In this document: positions 50,886-64,000 of the stretch, in pieces
Position numbering within the stretch: position 1 is the first letter of the stretch
How the letters are laid out: every line of letters starts with the position of its first letter
Assembly (NCBI RefSeq): GCF_963921235.1
Contig: NC_086097.1
Span: forward strand, 180,422,001 to 180,486,000
Source of the DNA: Mobula hypostoma
Taxonomy: Eukaryota
DNA: 64,000 bases
Direction of reading: 5' to 3'
Program-made: the position numbers and the translations under genes
The notes under the pieces: model-generated
Seen by the model: the letters and a program-made list of their open reading frames with translations, nothing else
Database searches by the model: none
What the model was told of the DNA's origin: nothing

Positions 50886-52064
50886 GACTGAGCCGATAAG
50901 TTAAACTGCTTAACTCCATCTTGTGTTAAGGTGTGATCAAATAGTAATATCAAAAGTAGTTTATTTTGATTATGGGATAATGATTAAAGTGTACAGACTA
51001 TGGATTTTGGATTAGTCAAGGTGGTGACTTGAGGGGAAGAGATTGAGCAAAGGATTCATGCTTGGATAGAAACACTCTTGGACATTTATAGTGACATGGC
51101 CAAAATCTTGGGTCAAAAATCTGCAGGAAATACTCAGCAGATTGGGTTGCATCTATAGGAAGAGGGGAAAATAATTTTGTTGTGACAATTAACTTTTAAA
51201 CCAGCAACAGTTAGAAAATTAATAATAAACATGCACAGAAATGGGAAGGAAATGGAAGGCAAGGTCTGGGTTGGAAAGTTTGTTCTAATTGACAATAGTG
51301 TAATGCTCTAGGGTGTAAATATATTGCTGCTCCCACTGCATCAGTTCTACCTTTGACCAGTTGAGAGAAGTATTTGATATCGAAGAGACCAACTCAGCAC
51401 TGTTCACTGTCTACCAAGCAACAATGACCTCCTGTATTCTTCAGACAAAATGCAGCTGGCACCTCAGTACTGAATTGGTGCAAAATTCTCCAAAGTCACT
51501 GCATGATTGGTGACTCAATGCCCACTGTTCAACATCAGTTCCACCTGAAACATGCACTGCTCTGACCTCCACAAAGATTTCCAGAGGAAACACTTTAATG
51601 AAACTATCTTGAAATCTCCATGATAAAGTATTGAATCCTTACCAACTAGCATATTACCTAGCCTGAAAATGGAGAGGCGCACCATAGACAAACATTTACA
51701 AAAATACTGCCAGGCCTTGAAGACCTGAGTTGAAAGGAGAAGTTAGACAGGTTGGGACTTTAATTCCTTGGAATGCAGGATAGTGAGGTGACATAGAATG
51801 ACAATACATCACAGCACAGGCCCCTCAGTCTATGATGTGCTGACTGATAGAAACTTACTCCATGATCAATCCAATGCTTCCCTCAATATAGCCCATAATC
51901 CATCATCTTTCTCACATCTGTCCATATTTAAAGTATTTTAAATGTCCTTATTGTATCAACCTCAACCACTGTCCATGGAAGTGTGTTCCAACCACCCACT
52001 ATCCCATTATGAGCATATATACCCACTATGAGTATATATTTAAAAAAAACTCTCTTAAATATGT

Positions 52065-52244
52065 CCTGCTTGGTGGCGCAATAATATCAGCACCAGACTC
52101 TGGAGTGAAGGTTCCCGAGTTCGAATCCAAGTCGGGCTAGCAACTCGGCCTCGTAAAAACAAAAATAGCTTGCTACGGAAACACTGTCATGACGGTGCCC
52201 TGATATCTCTACTGCCGAGTTAAGGGCTGGTCTTCCTTCCTTCT
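52065..52244 (+). mobile_element. tRNA-derived SINE
   Basis: A box TGGCGCAATAAT, B box GTTCGAATCC, non-tRNA body, (CTTC)n tail. Confidence 0.65.
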
Positions 52245-53123
52245 TATAAATACAAGAGATTCTACAGATGCTGGAAATCCAAAACAACACACCAAAATGC
52301 TGGAAGAACTCAGCAGTTCAGGCAGTATCAATGGAAATTAATGAACAGTCAGCATTTCAGGCCAAGACCCTTCATCAGGACTGGAAAGTAAGAGGGAAGA
52401 TGCCTACCCCTCACAAAACTTTCCTCCATTCACCTTAAATGGATATTCTCTGGTTTTGGCTATTGCTGCCCTGGTTAAAAAAAAAAGGTGCTGGCTGTCC
52501 ACTCTTCCAATACCTCTGATTATTTTATATACCTTGTCAAGTTGTCTCTCATTCTCCGTCGCTCCAAAGCGAAAACTTTAGCTCACTCAACCTTGCCACA
52601 TAAGACACATTTTCTAATCCAGGCAGTCTTCTGGTAAATCTCCTCTGCACCCTCTCTAAAGCTTCCATGTTCTCTCTACTATGACTCAACCATAACTGAA
52701 TTCTCCAAATATGGTTTAGCCAAGATTTTATAGAGCTGCAACATTATCTTCTGGCTCTTGAACTCAACCTCCTGACTAATTAAGGCTAGTACACCTTATG
52801 CCTTCTTAACTACCTTTTCAACTCATGTGGCAGCTTTGAGGGATTTATGGACTTGGACCCCAGGATCCCTTCGCCTCCCCCATCCCACACACTACTAAGA
52901 ATCCTGCCATTAGCCTTCTACTCTGCCTTCGTATTCAATCTTTTAAAGCGTACCACTTCATACTTATCCAGATTGAAATCTTTCTGCAACTTCTCTCCTC
53001 AGTTCTGTTCCTTGTCCATATCCTATTGTAACCTGTAATCACCTTCCCCACTAACTACATCACCTCCAAACTCTATGTCGTCTTTGAACTCTCAGCTTCC
53101 TCATCCATTTATAAAAATCACAA

Positions 53124-53709
53124 AGAGGTGGTGTCCGTGCACAATCCTGATTTGATGGAGACAGCCGTGAGAAGCACGGAGGAACATCTGGAGAAACTTC
53201 TGAAATGCCTGCTTCGCTGCCGCTGCTACTGTGCAATAGAGAATCTCCAGAGGGGTAGGCCCCACATCCTCGGCTTTGCCTATTGCCGGGGCCGGGGTCG
53301 AAGCGCTTGGCAGAGATGGTGCTCGGTGTCAGAGGCTCAAAGTTTTCGGATGGGCTCAAGAGTCGGCTGTGGTCGGGTGCTTCCAGGATGCTGCATCGGC
53401 AAGTTTGCAGCGCTGGAAGCTCATGGCAGGAAGAATTTTTTTTTCTTCCTTCTACCGTCTGCGTGAGATGATGGGACTTTCGAGAGACTTTGAGAAACTA
53501 TACCCATGGTCTGCTCTTCATCAAATTACGGTATTGCTTTGCACTGTTGTAACTATATGTCATAGTTGTGTGGTTTTTGTCAGTTTTTTTGTCAGTTTGT
53601 CTTGTGTTTCCGTGATATCATTCTGGAGAAACATCGTATAGTTTCTTAATGCATGCATTACTAAATGACAATAAAAGAGGACTGCGTGTCCTCATAATCT
53701 AATCTAATC
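53124..53709 (+). mobile_element. CpG-rich non-autonomous retroelement with (TAATC)n tail
   Basis: AATGACAATAAA + TAATC repeats like the Rex-type tails; no protein motif; interrupts CR1. Confidence 0.65.
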
Positions 53710-54194
53710 CCAAAACAGGCGTGGAACATCACTAGTCACTGACCTCCAGGCAGAATAAGCTCCATCCAGCCAAGCTTACATGGATCCATGCCTCATGCCT
53801 TTCTGGATGAGCTTACTATGAGGAACCTTGTCAAACATCTTACTAAAAGCCATATACACCACATCCACCACTTTAACTTCGTCAATATGTTTTGTCAACT
53901 CCTTGATAAACTCAATCAAGTATGTGAGGCAAAACCTGTCCCTAACAAAGTCAAGCTGACTATCCCTAACAAGACTATGGTTTTCCAAATGCTCACAAAT
54001 CTTGCCCCAAAGATTACTCTCCAATACTTTGCCCACCTCTGACTTAAGACTCACCAGTCTATAATTCTTAGGATTGTCTCTATTACCTTTCTTGATACTA
54101 CATTCTCAGAACAACATTTGCCATCCTCCATTCCTCTGGTACCTCTCCTGCAGCCAAGAAGAATGCAAACATTATTGCCAAGCCTTAGCAGTTT

Positions 54195-54600
54195 CTTCCC
54201 CTATTCTGGTTCCCCTCTTACCCTTTCTCTTCTCCTCATTTGTCCATCACGTTCCTTTGGTGCTTGTTCTTCCCTTTCTCCCACAGTCCACTACTCTCCA
54301 ATCAGATTCCTCCTTCTTCAGCTCTTTATCTTTTCCACCTATCACCTCACCTCTCAGCTTCTCACCACCCACACCCTTCACCCACCTACCCTCCCCCTTA
54401 CCTGGCTTCACCTATCACCTTCCAGCTTGTACTCCTTCTCCTCCCCCACATTCTTATTTTGGCTTCTTCCCCCTTCCTTTCCAGTCCTGATAAAGGGTCT
54501 TAGCCTGAAACATCAACTCTTTATTCCTCTCCATAGTTGCTGCCTGACCTGCATGTTGTGCTGTTACTCTGGATTTTCAGCAACTGCAAAATCTCTTCTA
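54195..54600 (+). mobile_element. Penelope-like 3' end
   Basis: Polypyrimidine UTR, CCAGTCCTGATAAAGGGTCTTAGCCTGAAACATC. Confidence 0.75.
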
Positions 54601-55206
54601 TTCCAGATACATGTTTCCCCTTTTATACCTGAGCATCCTATCATGTTACTGTGTTTCACATACATATAGAATGCTTGGGGTTTTCCATAATCCTACTTGC
54701 CAAGATCTTCTTGTATCCCCTTCTAGCTCTCCTAAGGCCTTCCTTAAGTTCTTTCCTGCCTGCCTTATAATTCTCAAGAGCACTGCCTGATTATTCCATC
54801 CTAAACCTTAAGTATGCTTCATTATTTCTCTTGACTAAATGTTCCATCACTCTTCAGTGGGACAAACCTATTCAGAGCCCCTTGCAAGTGATTCACAAGC
54901 AACCTCCATATTTCAGCTATGTATTTCCCTGAGAACACCTGTTTCCAATTTATGCTCCTAAGATACTGTTTAATACCTTCATAGTTAGCCCTTTCCCAAT
55001 TAAATACTTTCCATACTGTCTACTATCTTCATCCATGGCTATGCTAAAGTTCAGGGACTTATATTCACTATCTCCAAAATGCTCCCCCCACTGAGAAGTC
55101 TACCATGGGACCAGGATCATTGCCTAATATTAGATCTAGTAGTGCCTCTCCTCTAGTCAGCCTGTCAGGAATCCTTCCTGGACACACCTAAAAAATTCTG
55201 CCCCAG

Positions 55207-57915
55207 AAGACCATAAGACATAGGAGCAGAATTAGGCCATTCAGCCCATCGAGACTGCTCCATCATTCCTTCCTGGCTGATCCCGGATCCCACTCAACCC
55301 CATACACCTGCCTTCTTGCGATATCCTTTGATGCCCTAATCAGGAAACTACCAAATTCTGCTTTAAATATACCCATGGACTTGGCCTCCACTGCAGTCCG
55401 TGGCAGAGCATTCCACAGCTTCACCACTCTCTTGTTAAAATAATTCCTCCTTACCTCCGTTCTATAACGTCGTCCCTCGATTTTGAGGCTGTGCCCTCTA
55501 GGTTTGGATACCCCCACCATAGGAAACAGCCTCTCCACATCCACCCTATCTAGTCCTTTTAACATTTGGTAGGTTTAAATGAGATCCCCCCACATTCTTC
55601 TAAATTCCAGTGAGTACAGGCCCAAAGCTGCCAAACGCTCCTCCTAAATTAATCCTGTCATTCTCGGAATTAACCATTATCCATTATCCAAATCATGGAC
55701 AAACAATGTGAAAAGTAGCGGTCTCCTGAGGAACACCACTAGTTACTGGTTGCCAACCAAAAAAGACCCCCTTTATTCCCATTCGCTGCCTCCTGCCTGT
55801 CAGCCAATCCTCCATCCATGCCAGCATCTTTCCTGTAATGCCAAAAGATTTTATCTTGTTAAGCAGCTTCATGTGTGGCGCCTTATCAAATGCCTTCTGA
55901 AAACCCAAGTAAATTACATCCACTGCCTCTCCTTTGTCCACCCTGTTTGTTACTTCCTCAAAGAACAGATTCGTCAGGCAAGATTTCCTTTTACAAAAAC
56001 TATGCTGACTTTGTCTTATTTTATCATTGTCTTCAAATACCCCGAAACCTCAGCCTTAGTAATAGACTCCACACTTTCCCAACTACTGAGGTTAGGCTAA
56101 CTGGCTTATAATTTCCTTTCTTTTGTCTTCCTCCCTTCTTAAAGAGAGGAGTGGCATTTACAATTTCCCAGTCTCCAGAGCCATGCCAGAATCAAATGAA
56201 AGATCATGACCGTTATCTCTTCAGCAACCTCTCTTAGGACTCTGGGATGTAGTCTATCTGGTCCAGGTGACGTACCCAACTTAAGACCTTTGAGTTTGCC
56301 TAGCACTCTTTCCTTTGTAATAGCAATAGCACTCACTCCTGCTCCCTGACATTCACAGACCTCTGGCACACTGCTAGTGTCTTCCACAGTGAAGACTAAT
56401 GCAAAGTACCCATTAAGTTCATCTGCCATTTCTTTGACCCCATTCCTACCTCACAAGCATCATTTTCCAGTGGCTCAATATCAACCTTCACCTCCCTTTT
56501 ACTCTTTATATAACTGAAAGAACTTTTAGTATCCTGTTTTATATTGTTGGCTAGTTTGCCCTCATATTTCTTTTCCCTTCTTAAAGCTTTCAAAGGTTCA
56601 AAGATTAAATTTAATGTCAGAGAAATGTATACAATATATATCCTGAAATGCTTTTTCTTCGCAAACGTCCACGAAAACAGAGAAGTGCCCCAGAAAATGA
56701 ACAACAGTTAAACATGAGAACCCCAAAGTCCCCCCCCAGCTCCACCCTCCCACATGTAAGAGGCAGCGAGCGACCATCCCCCCCTCCCCCCCACCGGCAA
56801 AAATAAACGCGCATCGGCACTATCACTGAGCCCAAGCATGTGCTAAGCAGTAGCAAAGACACAGACCAAAGTTGCCCCAAAGGCTTCGCATTTCACCTGA
56901 AATTCGACAACCCACAGGTTCTCTCTCTCCCTGGCAAGGGAGAGGGAGGTGTACCCCATTCTCACAGCGAGCGGGTAACATAACAACAACCCGCTGGCTT
57001 ACGATGTTAAAAGTCTGTTTCGTCGCTTTTTTCAAGCTCTGTCTCTAAAGATCGCAAAGACTTCGGGTCTTCAGGCCCACAGCAAAAGATGTTCCAGCCT
57101 CCCTGACGACACACAAGTCTCCTGCCGTGACACTGACCCTCGATCCGCCCGTCTCCAGAGCCCTGAGATCTTAGGCTTCTGAACACAATGGAGATTCTCA
57201 GGTCAAACCCTTGGCGTGTTGAATAGAAGCCAGTTGTGGAACCCCGAGAATGGGTCCCATTCCTGCAAAGAACCATTGCCTTTTGTTGGACTTTAAAAGC
57301 TTCTCAATCATCCGACTTCCTACTCAGTTTTGCTGCTTTATGTGCCCTTTTCTTGGCTTTTATGCAATCCTTAACTTCCCTTGTCAGCCACAGTTGCCTA
57401 CCCCTGCCATTTGAGGACTTCTTCTTCTGTGGGACATATCTATCCTGCGCCTTGTGAACTATTCCCAGAAACTTCTGCTCTGTTGTCATGCCCACCAGTA
57501 TCCTCCTCCAATCCACCTGGGCAAGCTCCTCTCTCATGCCTCTGTAATTCCTTTTATTACATTGCAATATTGATATGTGTGGCTTATGCTTCTCCCTCTC
57601 AAATTGCAGTATGAATTCAATCATATTATGATCACTGCCTCCTAAAGGGTCCTTTACATTAAGTTCCCTAATAAGATCTAGGTTAGTTAGTCTAAGATAA
57701 TCTAAGATAGTCTTTCCCTGAGTAGGCTCAAGCGCAAGCTGTTCTAAAAAGTCATCTCATAGATACTTAACAAATCCCCTCTCTTATGATCCAACACCAA
57801 CCTAATTTTCCCAGTCAGGAAATGTGACATTACCCTTATTATATGCCTTTTCAAGCTCCCTTTGCAATCTCAACCCCACATCTTGACTACTATTTGGAGG
57901 CCTATATATGATTCC
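55207..57915 (-). mobile_element. Relatively young CR1
   Basis: DVIYLGFQKAFDKAPH, TSGVPQ, SPGPDRLHPRVLRE; tail TATGTCTTATGGTCTT. Confidence 0.9.
56592..57275 (-). mobile_element. CpG-rich non-autonomous retroelement nested in CR1
   Basis: Tail ATTAAATTTAATCTTTGAACCTTTGAA on minus; interrupts the CR1 ORF between 57236..57624 and 56396..56590. Confidence 0.7.
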
Positions 57916-58700
57916 CATACTGGTAAACAATGCCATTGTAGCTTATGAAATTGTATTGAATCACTTACTGTTACAATTGTCCTCAAGAGTATAAAATCTT
58001 GATGTAATTTGATTTTGGGAGTCTTTACCAAGAGGGTTTCTAAGAGAATGCCTGCTTGTGGTGATTCATGTTCCACCAGCTTCTTCAGTGACTTAATCAC
58101 AGTCTCAAAGCAGAGGAAATAGTTAAGACAAATACACCAACAACATTTGAAATAGATTTATAGGGGTAAATTTAGCAGGTGCACAGTTAAGGGGATATAG
58201 GTCAAACGTGGGCAAATAGAACTAGCTTAAAATGGCATCTTGATTGGCAGAGATCAACTAGGCTAAAAGGCCTGTTTCTGTGTTGTATTACTCTATGAAT
58301 CCAAAAGGTAATACTGTATCTCAAGTCATGGCAGATTCACATTCAGATTCAGATTTATTTATTTATCACACGTATATCAAAACAAACATTATTTGTATTA
58401 CCAACCAACACAAGAAAGGATGTGCTGGGGACGGCCCATAAGGGTCACCATACGTTCTGGTACCAACACAGCAGGCACACAATGTTCAGGAGAACAACAC
58501 AAGTATCAACAACAGTAATATAAAAAAAGCAGAACAAAGACAACAGGAAAACAAGCCCCTTTCCCACACACCTACACATACAGGCCTCCAAGCTCAGGAC
58601 AGGCCATCTCCACCTCTATGACTAAAGTTCTTTAGATAAGAGAACACAACATCCTGCCTTTAACACCTGAAATAATCAAACCTCTCAAGATCCTGAAGTA

Positions 58701-58835
58701 GGGTCCTGACGAAGGGTCTCGGCCTGAAACGTCGACTGCGCCTCTTCCTATAGATGCTGCTTGGCCTGCTGCGTTCACCAGCAACTTTGATGTATGTTGC
58801 TTGAATTTCCAGCATCTGCAGAATTCCTGTTGTTT
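58701..58835 (+). mobile_element. 135-bp Penelope-like 3' end insertion
   Basis: Perfect 14-bp TSD AAGATCCTGAAGTA (58687..58700, 58836..58849); empty site at 40733..40746. Confidence 0.95.
58702..58737 (+). ncRNA. Minimal type I hammerhead ribozyme motif (Penelope-type), intact core
   Basis: GGUC-CUGACGA-A-GGGU(CUCG)GCCU-GAAA-C-GUC-GACU; palindromic loopless stem III (ACGU). Confidence 0.8.
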
Positions 58836-59289
58836 AAGATCCTGAAGTATTTTGACACAGCAGATGCAGAGAGCACATTTCCTCTTGTAATTGAATCTAA
58901 AACCAAGTTTCATGTTAAGATAGAGTTGCGACAATTTTTCTTCTCTCACAGGCCATGAATTTTTTGAATTCTGTTCTTCAAAGTGAGGTGAGAGAAGATT
59001 CTTTGAATATTTTAATGCAGGGGTAGGTGGATTATAGATAAACAAGTGGATGAAATGGTACTAGGGATATATAGGATGGTGGAGTTGAAATTGCATAATA
59101 ACCAACACACGCAAGGATGTGCTGGGGGAAGCCCGCAAGTGTCACTACACATCCCTGTGCCAAAGTAACATGCCCATACTTTGACAGGAGTATGAAAAGT
59201 CTGGGGATCCCATGCAGAACTGAAGTGGAAAATAATTTAGAGTAATTTTATGTCTTTACACTGTACTGCCTCATTCTGAGACCACTGTC

Positions 59290-60285
59290 AGAATGGATTG
59301 GTGATAAAATCTCCTCACTGACAATTAACACAGGTGCACCTCAAAGATGCATGCTTAGCCAATTGCTCTACTCTGAATATATCATGGCTAAGCACTGAAC
59401 AAATGCCGTATATTACACCACTGTTGTTGGTAAAATCTCAGATTATGACAAGGAAGCAAACAGGAGTGAGATAGATTGGGGTTGAGTGGTGTCACAACAA
59501 CAATCTCACCATCTGTGGACTTCAGGGAGAAGAAGTTTTAGAACACATACCAGTCCTCAGCAGTGGAAAGGGTGAGCAGCTTTAAATTCCTGAGCATCAA
59601 CATCTCCGAAAATCTGTCCTGAGCCAGACACATTGATGTAATCATGAAGAAGGCATGCCAGCAGCGCTACTTCATTAAGAGTTTGAAGATATTTGGTATG
59701 CCACTAAAGAGTTTGGAAATTTCCATAAATGAACAATCTAAATCATTTTTCTGGTTGTATCACAGTCTGGTATGGAGTCTCCAATGCACAGAAATGCAAA
59801 AGGCTGCAGAGATTTGTAAACTCAACCAACTCCCTCATGGACATAACTCTCTCTACCATGAAAGATGTTTTCAAGCAGCAGTTCCTCAAGAACAGGAGTT
59901 CCCCAAGAACAGGAGTTCCCAACCTTCTTTATGCCATGGAGCCTTACCATTAACAGAGGAGTCCATGGACCCCAGGTGGGGAACCCCTGCTAAAAGATGA
60001 AACATCATGAAGAACCCTCACCAACAGGGACATGCCCTTTTCTTGTTACGACCATCATAAAGAAGGTACAGGAGCCTGAAGACTCACTCAATGTTCTAAG
60101 ATCAGCTTCTTTCCCTCCACGATCAGATTTCTGAACAATTCATGAACACCGCCTCATTAATTCTTTTTTGCACTGTTTACTTATTTTGTAATTTATAGTA
60201 ATTTTTATACCTTTGCACCATACTGCTGTTGCAAAATGACAAATTTTGTATCATGTAAGATAGTGATATTAAACCTGATTCTGAA
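59290..60285 (+). mobile_element. Decayed Rex/Babar-like LINE
   Basis: TGAPQRCMLSQLLY, MKKACQQRYFIKSL, GCITVWYG; (GATTCT) tail. Confidence 0.8.
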
Positions 60286-60448
60286 CATATAATGTGAAGA
60301 AGTTTTAGTTGACCTCCTGTTCAAGGAGAAAATGGCTCTTAAACTACTGAGAGGTGAACTTATTGAGGGTTTGTATTCATTTGTGGTTTCAGCTAACAAG
60401 GCTTAATGACCCTGTTCCAGGGCAGACTGAAAATAGCTTCCTGACAGG

Positions 60449-60551
60449 ATAAACCTCTCACCTGAGTGTCTCTTCTCTCTTCCAGTGATTGGCTCCTTGG
60501 TCTTCCTGCTCTTCAGAACTGAGGGTGATTTCTCCTTATCAGGAAAGGAAT
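60449..60551. promoter_or_regulatory. Paralogous distal block upstream of actin 2 (CArG-like CCTTATCAGG)
   Basis: Same motif order as 38493..38587; one-mismatch CArG at 60534..60543. Confidence 0.5.
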
Positions 60552-60687
60552 TGGTAGAGTTCAGGTTCCTGCCCGGGGAGGCACTCTCTTCCCTTCTTTG
60601 ACCCATGTTCAGGCATGTCTTAAGGTAAAAACAAAACTGGGGAATGGGGTCACATCAAGACATATCCTGATGCAAGATCTTGATAAA

Positions 60688-60912
60688 CAAGAGAAAATCT
60701 GCAGATGCTGGAAATCTGAGCAACACACACAAAATGCTGAAGGAACTCAGCCGGCCAGGCAGCATCCATGGAAAAAAGTACAGTCAACACTTTGGCTGAA
60801 ACCCTTCAGTAGGGCCCTGAAACCCTGAAGAGTTTCAGCCCGAAAGGTCAACTGTACATTTTTCCATAGATGCTGCCTGGCCTGCTGAGTTCCTCCAGCA
60901 TTTTGTGTGTGT
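60688..60912. mobile_element. Back-to-back inverted Penelope-like ends
   Basis: Minus then plus copy joined within the hammerhead region; TSD-like TGCAAGATCTTGATAAA / TGCAAGATGTTGATAGA. Confidence 0.8.
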
Positions 60913-61661
60913 TGCAAGATGTTGATAGATCATGCAAGATGAGTCCTGACGGAGGATGTTGACCATCCCTCTGCCTCCACAGTTGCTGCTCAGCCTCATG
61001 GGTTCTTCCAGCAGTTTGTTTTTTTTTGTGCCAGACTCCAGCAGATGCTTATCTAAGGGGTATTAACTTCCAGGAGTACCTGGTAACACAGGTAACATAC
61101 CCCTACTCAAGGATTTAGAAACTATTTCCACACCTCCATGATCCAATTTTAATGGTCTATGCACTCATGAACACTACCTCAGCCTTCCTTTTTCGCATTA
61201 TTTTTGTAATTTATATAATTTTATGTTTTATACTGTACTGCTGCTGCAGAACAATTAACTTCACATCATGTTAGTGATAATAAAGCCAATACTGATTCTG
61301 CAATGGAGGGAAGAGAGAAGGAGCAGTAGGGCCAGAAGGGTAGGGGTTGTGAAAGAGGCAGCTGCAAGAGGGAAGGATGTTGTGTGGCAGGGGAAGAACA
61401 GTTGACCAGCTGTAAGTGACTCCATTCCCTTGCCATGTTTGTATTTTGAAGGCCTCCTACTGCAACAATTACACAAGGTGGTTCGGCTCTTGATTAACCA
61501 TGGGCCTGCATCCAGCCAAGCCCCGGCTGAGGACACCCATATCCCAGGAAAAAGATGGGCTGGGGTATAAATATGAGACATAAGATCATGTCGGGCCACA
61601 CTGTACTGTGACAGGATCTGAGTTTGCTTCGTCCCTTTAACGCTTAAAGGTGTGGCTCAGC

Positions 61662-61690
61662 AGCCTCTGCAGGTTAATTACCAAATAAGG
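61662..61690. promoter_or_regulatory. Conserved CArG (SRF) element CCAAATAAGG with adjacent TAATTA, upstream of actin 2
   Basis: 29 nt identical to 42018..42046; perfect CArG at 61681..61690. Confidence 0.75.
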
Positions 61691-62759
61691 CAAAGTCTGC
61701 AGTCTGCGAGCCGGCAGAATGCGCAAAGTTTAACCCTTGGCGTGCTGGCCGCTCTTGCTCAAGGTGTGTCCGCAGTATTGATGTGTGTGTTGCTCGGATT
61801 TTCAGCATCTGCAGATTTTCTCTTGTTTGTATTGATGCTTCGTGCCTAAATCATCATCCCCGAGGGGCTGAGTTGAGCCTGCTGGGTTAACAGGGATTTC
61901 CAGGACATCTCGGACCGGAGCCAGCACATTCCTCTCCCGTATTATTATCATTTTGTCCAGGTTGGGGGATGGGGGTGGGAGGGTTCTGGCTTTTTGTCTC
62001 AGGACCAAATCTACCACCCCTGAGCTACTGACGTTAATCGCTGACCGATACGGTATCCTTTCTATACTGTATTTTCAAATCGTCCCATGGTTTTTTGCAG
62101 CCTCCATTCCTGGGATATCTTATAAACATTTAAGGGTGTGGTGAGGAATTAGGCACTCAGCGGGTCCTTTATCATGTGTGTGTGGAGTGGGGGGGTGAAC
62201 AGTCGACGTTTTGTGTCAAAACCCTGTATCAGACAGTACTGAGCAGACCAGAATAGGAGTAGACTAGACTGCATCTGCAGTCTCTTGTGTCTCCTTTTAA
62301 CAGTGTATCCCTGCAGCCCTCCCAGATCTCTGCGCTGTTTTAAATTCGAATCATGGACTTTAATCACTCCCTATGCCTCTAATAAGCCCGGCCCCAGACT
62401 CGGCAATTCCCTCTCCACGACCTCCCTATCTCTCCTTTCAAAGTATTTCTTCACCCCCCCCCCCCCATGTGCGATGCGATGTTACTAATCTCTCCATCAT
62501 CAGGAAGGGATAATTTTACAGGTGCTGGGTGTTGCGAGGTGAATCAGTTATTGCCCTGAGCTCAGTGCGAAATGATTATGAACTGCTGAATAAGTAAAGC
62601 TCGAGCATTGATTTGCTCAATGATCGATGCATGTTGAGAAACATAAAAAGTGGATAGACTCTACCCGCCTGATTGTGAACAATAACGAAATAAATGAATG
62701 AGCATTTCCACTATGATTAGATTTAGTCCCATGGAAACCGCGCTGTGGCTCTGCCCCCG

Positions 62760-62975
62760 GGATCTCATTGGCTGGCTGTGACGTGACTGTCTGTCGGTGG
62801 GTCTTCGTGCTCCATAAAGAGAGAGGAACTGTGGGATGGGGTCTATTTTGTCGCAATAGCTTTGTTCTTTTGACTTGGTTGGTCCTGATGCATTGTTTGG
62901 TTTAGTTTGGTGGATTGAGGCGCTGTGCTTTGTGTTCTTGACTCACTATTATTTTTTTCCCCTTTTCTCTTTCAG
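62760..62975 (+). promoter_or_regulatory. Candidate proximal promoter / non-coding exon 1 / short intron 1 of actin 2
   Basis: ATTGG 62767, CRE-like TGACGTGA, GGTGGG, TATA-like CATAAAG 62813, possible donor TTG|GTTGGT 62878, branch-like CTCAC; alignable to 42620..42832. Confidence 0.5.
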
Positions 62976-62995
62976 TCATTCCCTCCACGCTGTAA

Positions 62996-63196
<201 letters not shown>

Positions 63197-64000
63197 TGAC
63201 CCTTCATCTTGAGTTGATTGTCGGCTTTTTGTAATGAATTGCTTGCAGTGGAAGAGATTGGAGAGTAAACTAAGTATCGGAATCTTATTGGGAGAGGGTG
63301 GTTCAGTGTAATGAGTGAGTGCGGTGCCGGTGGGTGAATGGCCCAACCCAATTATGGTGCTTTATTTGGGTGGTATTCGTGAACTGGATCATGGATTCCA
63401 TGGGATTAATATGTTTGGGATGGTATTGTCTTGTTAATTATGCATGAAAGTATGTTGACTCTTTCTAATGGAGTCTTAAAGACAAAAGATTCTGTAGATG
63501 GAAATACAATAAGAATTTACATGTCAGGCAACATGTATGGAGAGGAAAGGGGGATTTGGACTTGTGCTTTCTTCCGCCTGACTAGTTGGGTTCCTCCAGC
63601 AGTTTGTGTGTGTTGCTCTAATCTAGGGGTTTTTTTTGCTGGTTCTTATTCCCCGATTTTGAGGGCCAGTACTGGGTAGATCTGGAATATATTAACCCTT
63701 CCTTGCCCTTGCTCAGTGATGGCGTTGAAAGGAATGGAACAATTGAAGGGGAGGCTCTCTAACGCAACGTCGAAATTGAATGGATCTTTTGTGTAGCAAC
63801 AGAATTAAGGGACTAACAAAGGGCTGCATTTGCATGTGAATAAATAACGAAGGAAGTGAACAACTACGTTTTTTCCAAGGGTATAAAGTACAAAATTGGA
63901 AAGGTTATGTTTCTGTTATTACAAGGCACTGGCGAGGTAGCAATTGAAGTACTAAGCAGTAATAATTTCCTTGTTTAAGGAGGCTATTTACATTCAGAAA

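Larger units (their letters stand above)
52405..55205 (-). mobile_element. Old CR1 with nested insertions
   Basis: DVVYMAFSKMFDKVPHSKL RT motif (53776..54054); interrupted at 53124..53709 and 54195..54600. Confidence 0.75.
58341..59051 (+). repeat. Local duplication block, copy 2
   Basis: Colinear with 40424..40971 plus a 135-bp insertion. Confidence 0.85.

Noticed and set aside
52065..52140. tRNA gene
   Set aside because: A/B boxes are present but there is no full cloverleaf, and it continues into a SINE body and tail.

Overview
Repeat-dense vertebrate DNA. The repeat families (CR1, Rex/Babar-like LINEs, V-SINEs, abundant Penelope-like 3' ends) suggest a cartilaginous fish, probably a ray; this is inference. 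The only host genes I can support are two tandem actin paralogs on the + strand. Actin 1 is complete (join 42856..42981,47986..48990; 376 aa). It has a single coding intron and several residues more typical of invertebrate cytoplasmic actins than of beta/gamma-actin. Actin 2 starts at 62999 and runs out of the window. The two share conserved upstream CArG/CCAAT blocks. The rest is decayed mobile DNA: a nested CR1>Gypsy>(LINE>Tigger; hAT>Penelope; CR1) stack, a Hero-type RLE retrotransposon, a Tc1 derivative and a 33-bp minisatellite. Three RNA-level observations stand out. (i) A hammerhead-ribozyme-like motif in non-circularly permuted strand order lies in the Hero 3' UTR, with a second, sequence-divergent but covarying copy in the actin intron. 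(ii) Minimal type I hammerheads occur in the many Penelope-like ends, one with an intact core, a perfect TSD and an empty paralogous site. (iii) A Gypsy primer-binding site copies about 42 nt of tRNA-Trp and is fused directly into the RT gene. All alignments were done by eye, and TE boundaries are approximate unless TIR/TSD coordinates are given.
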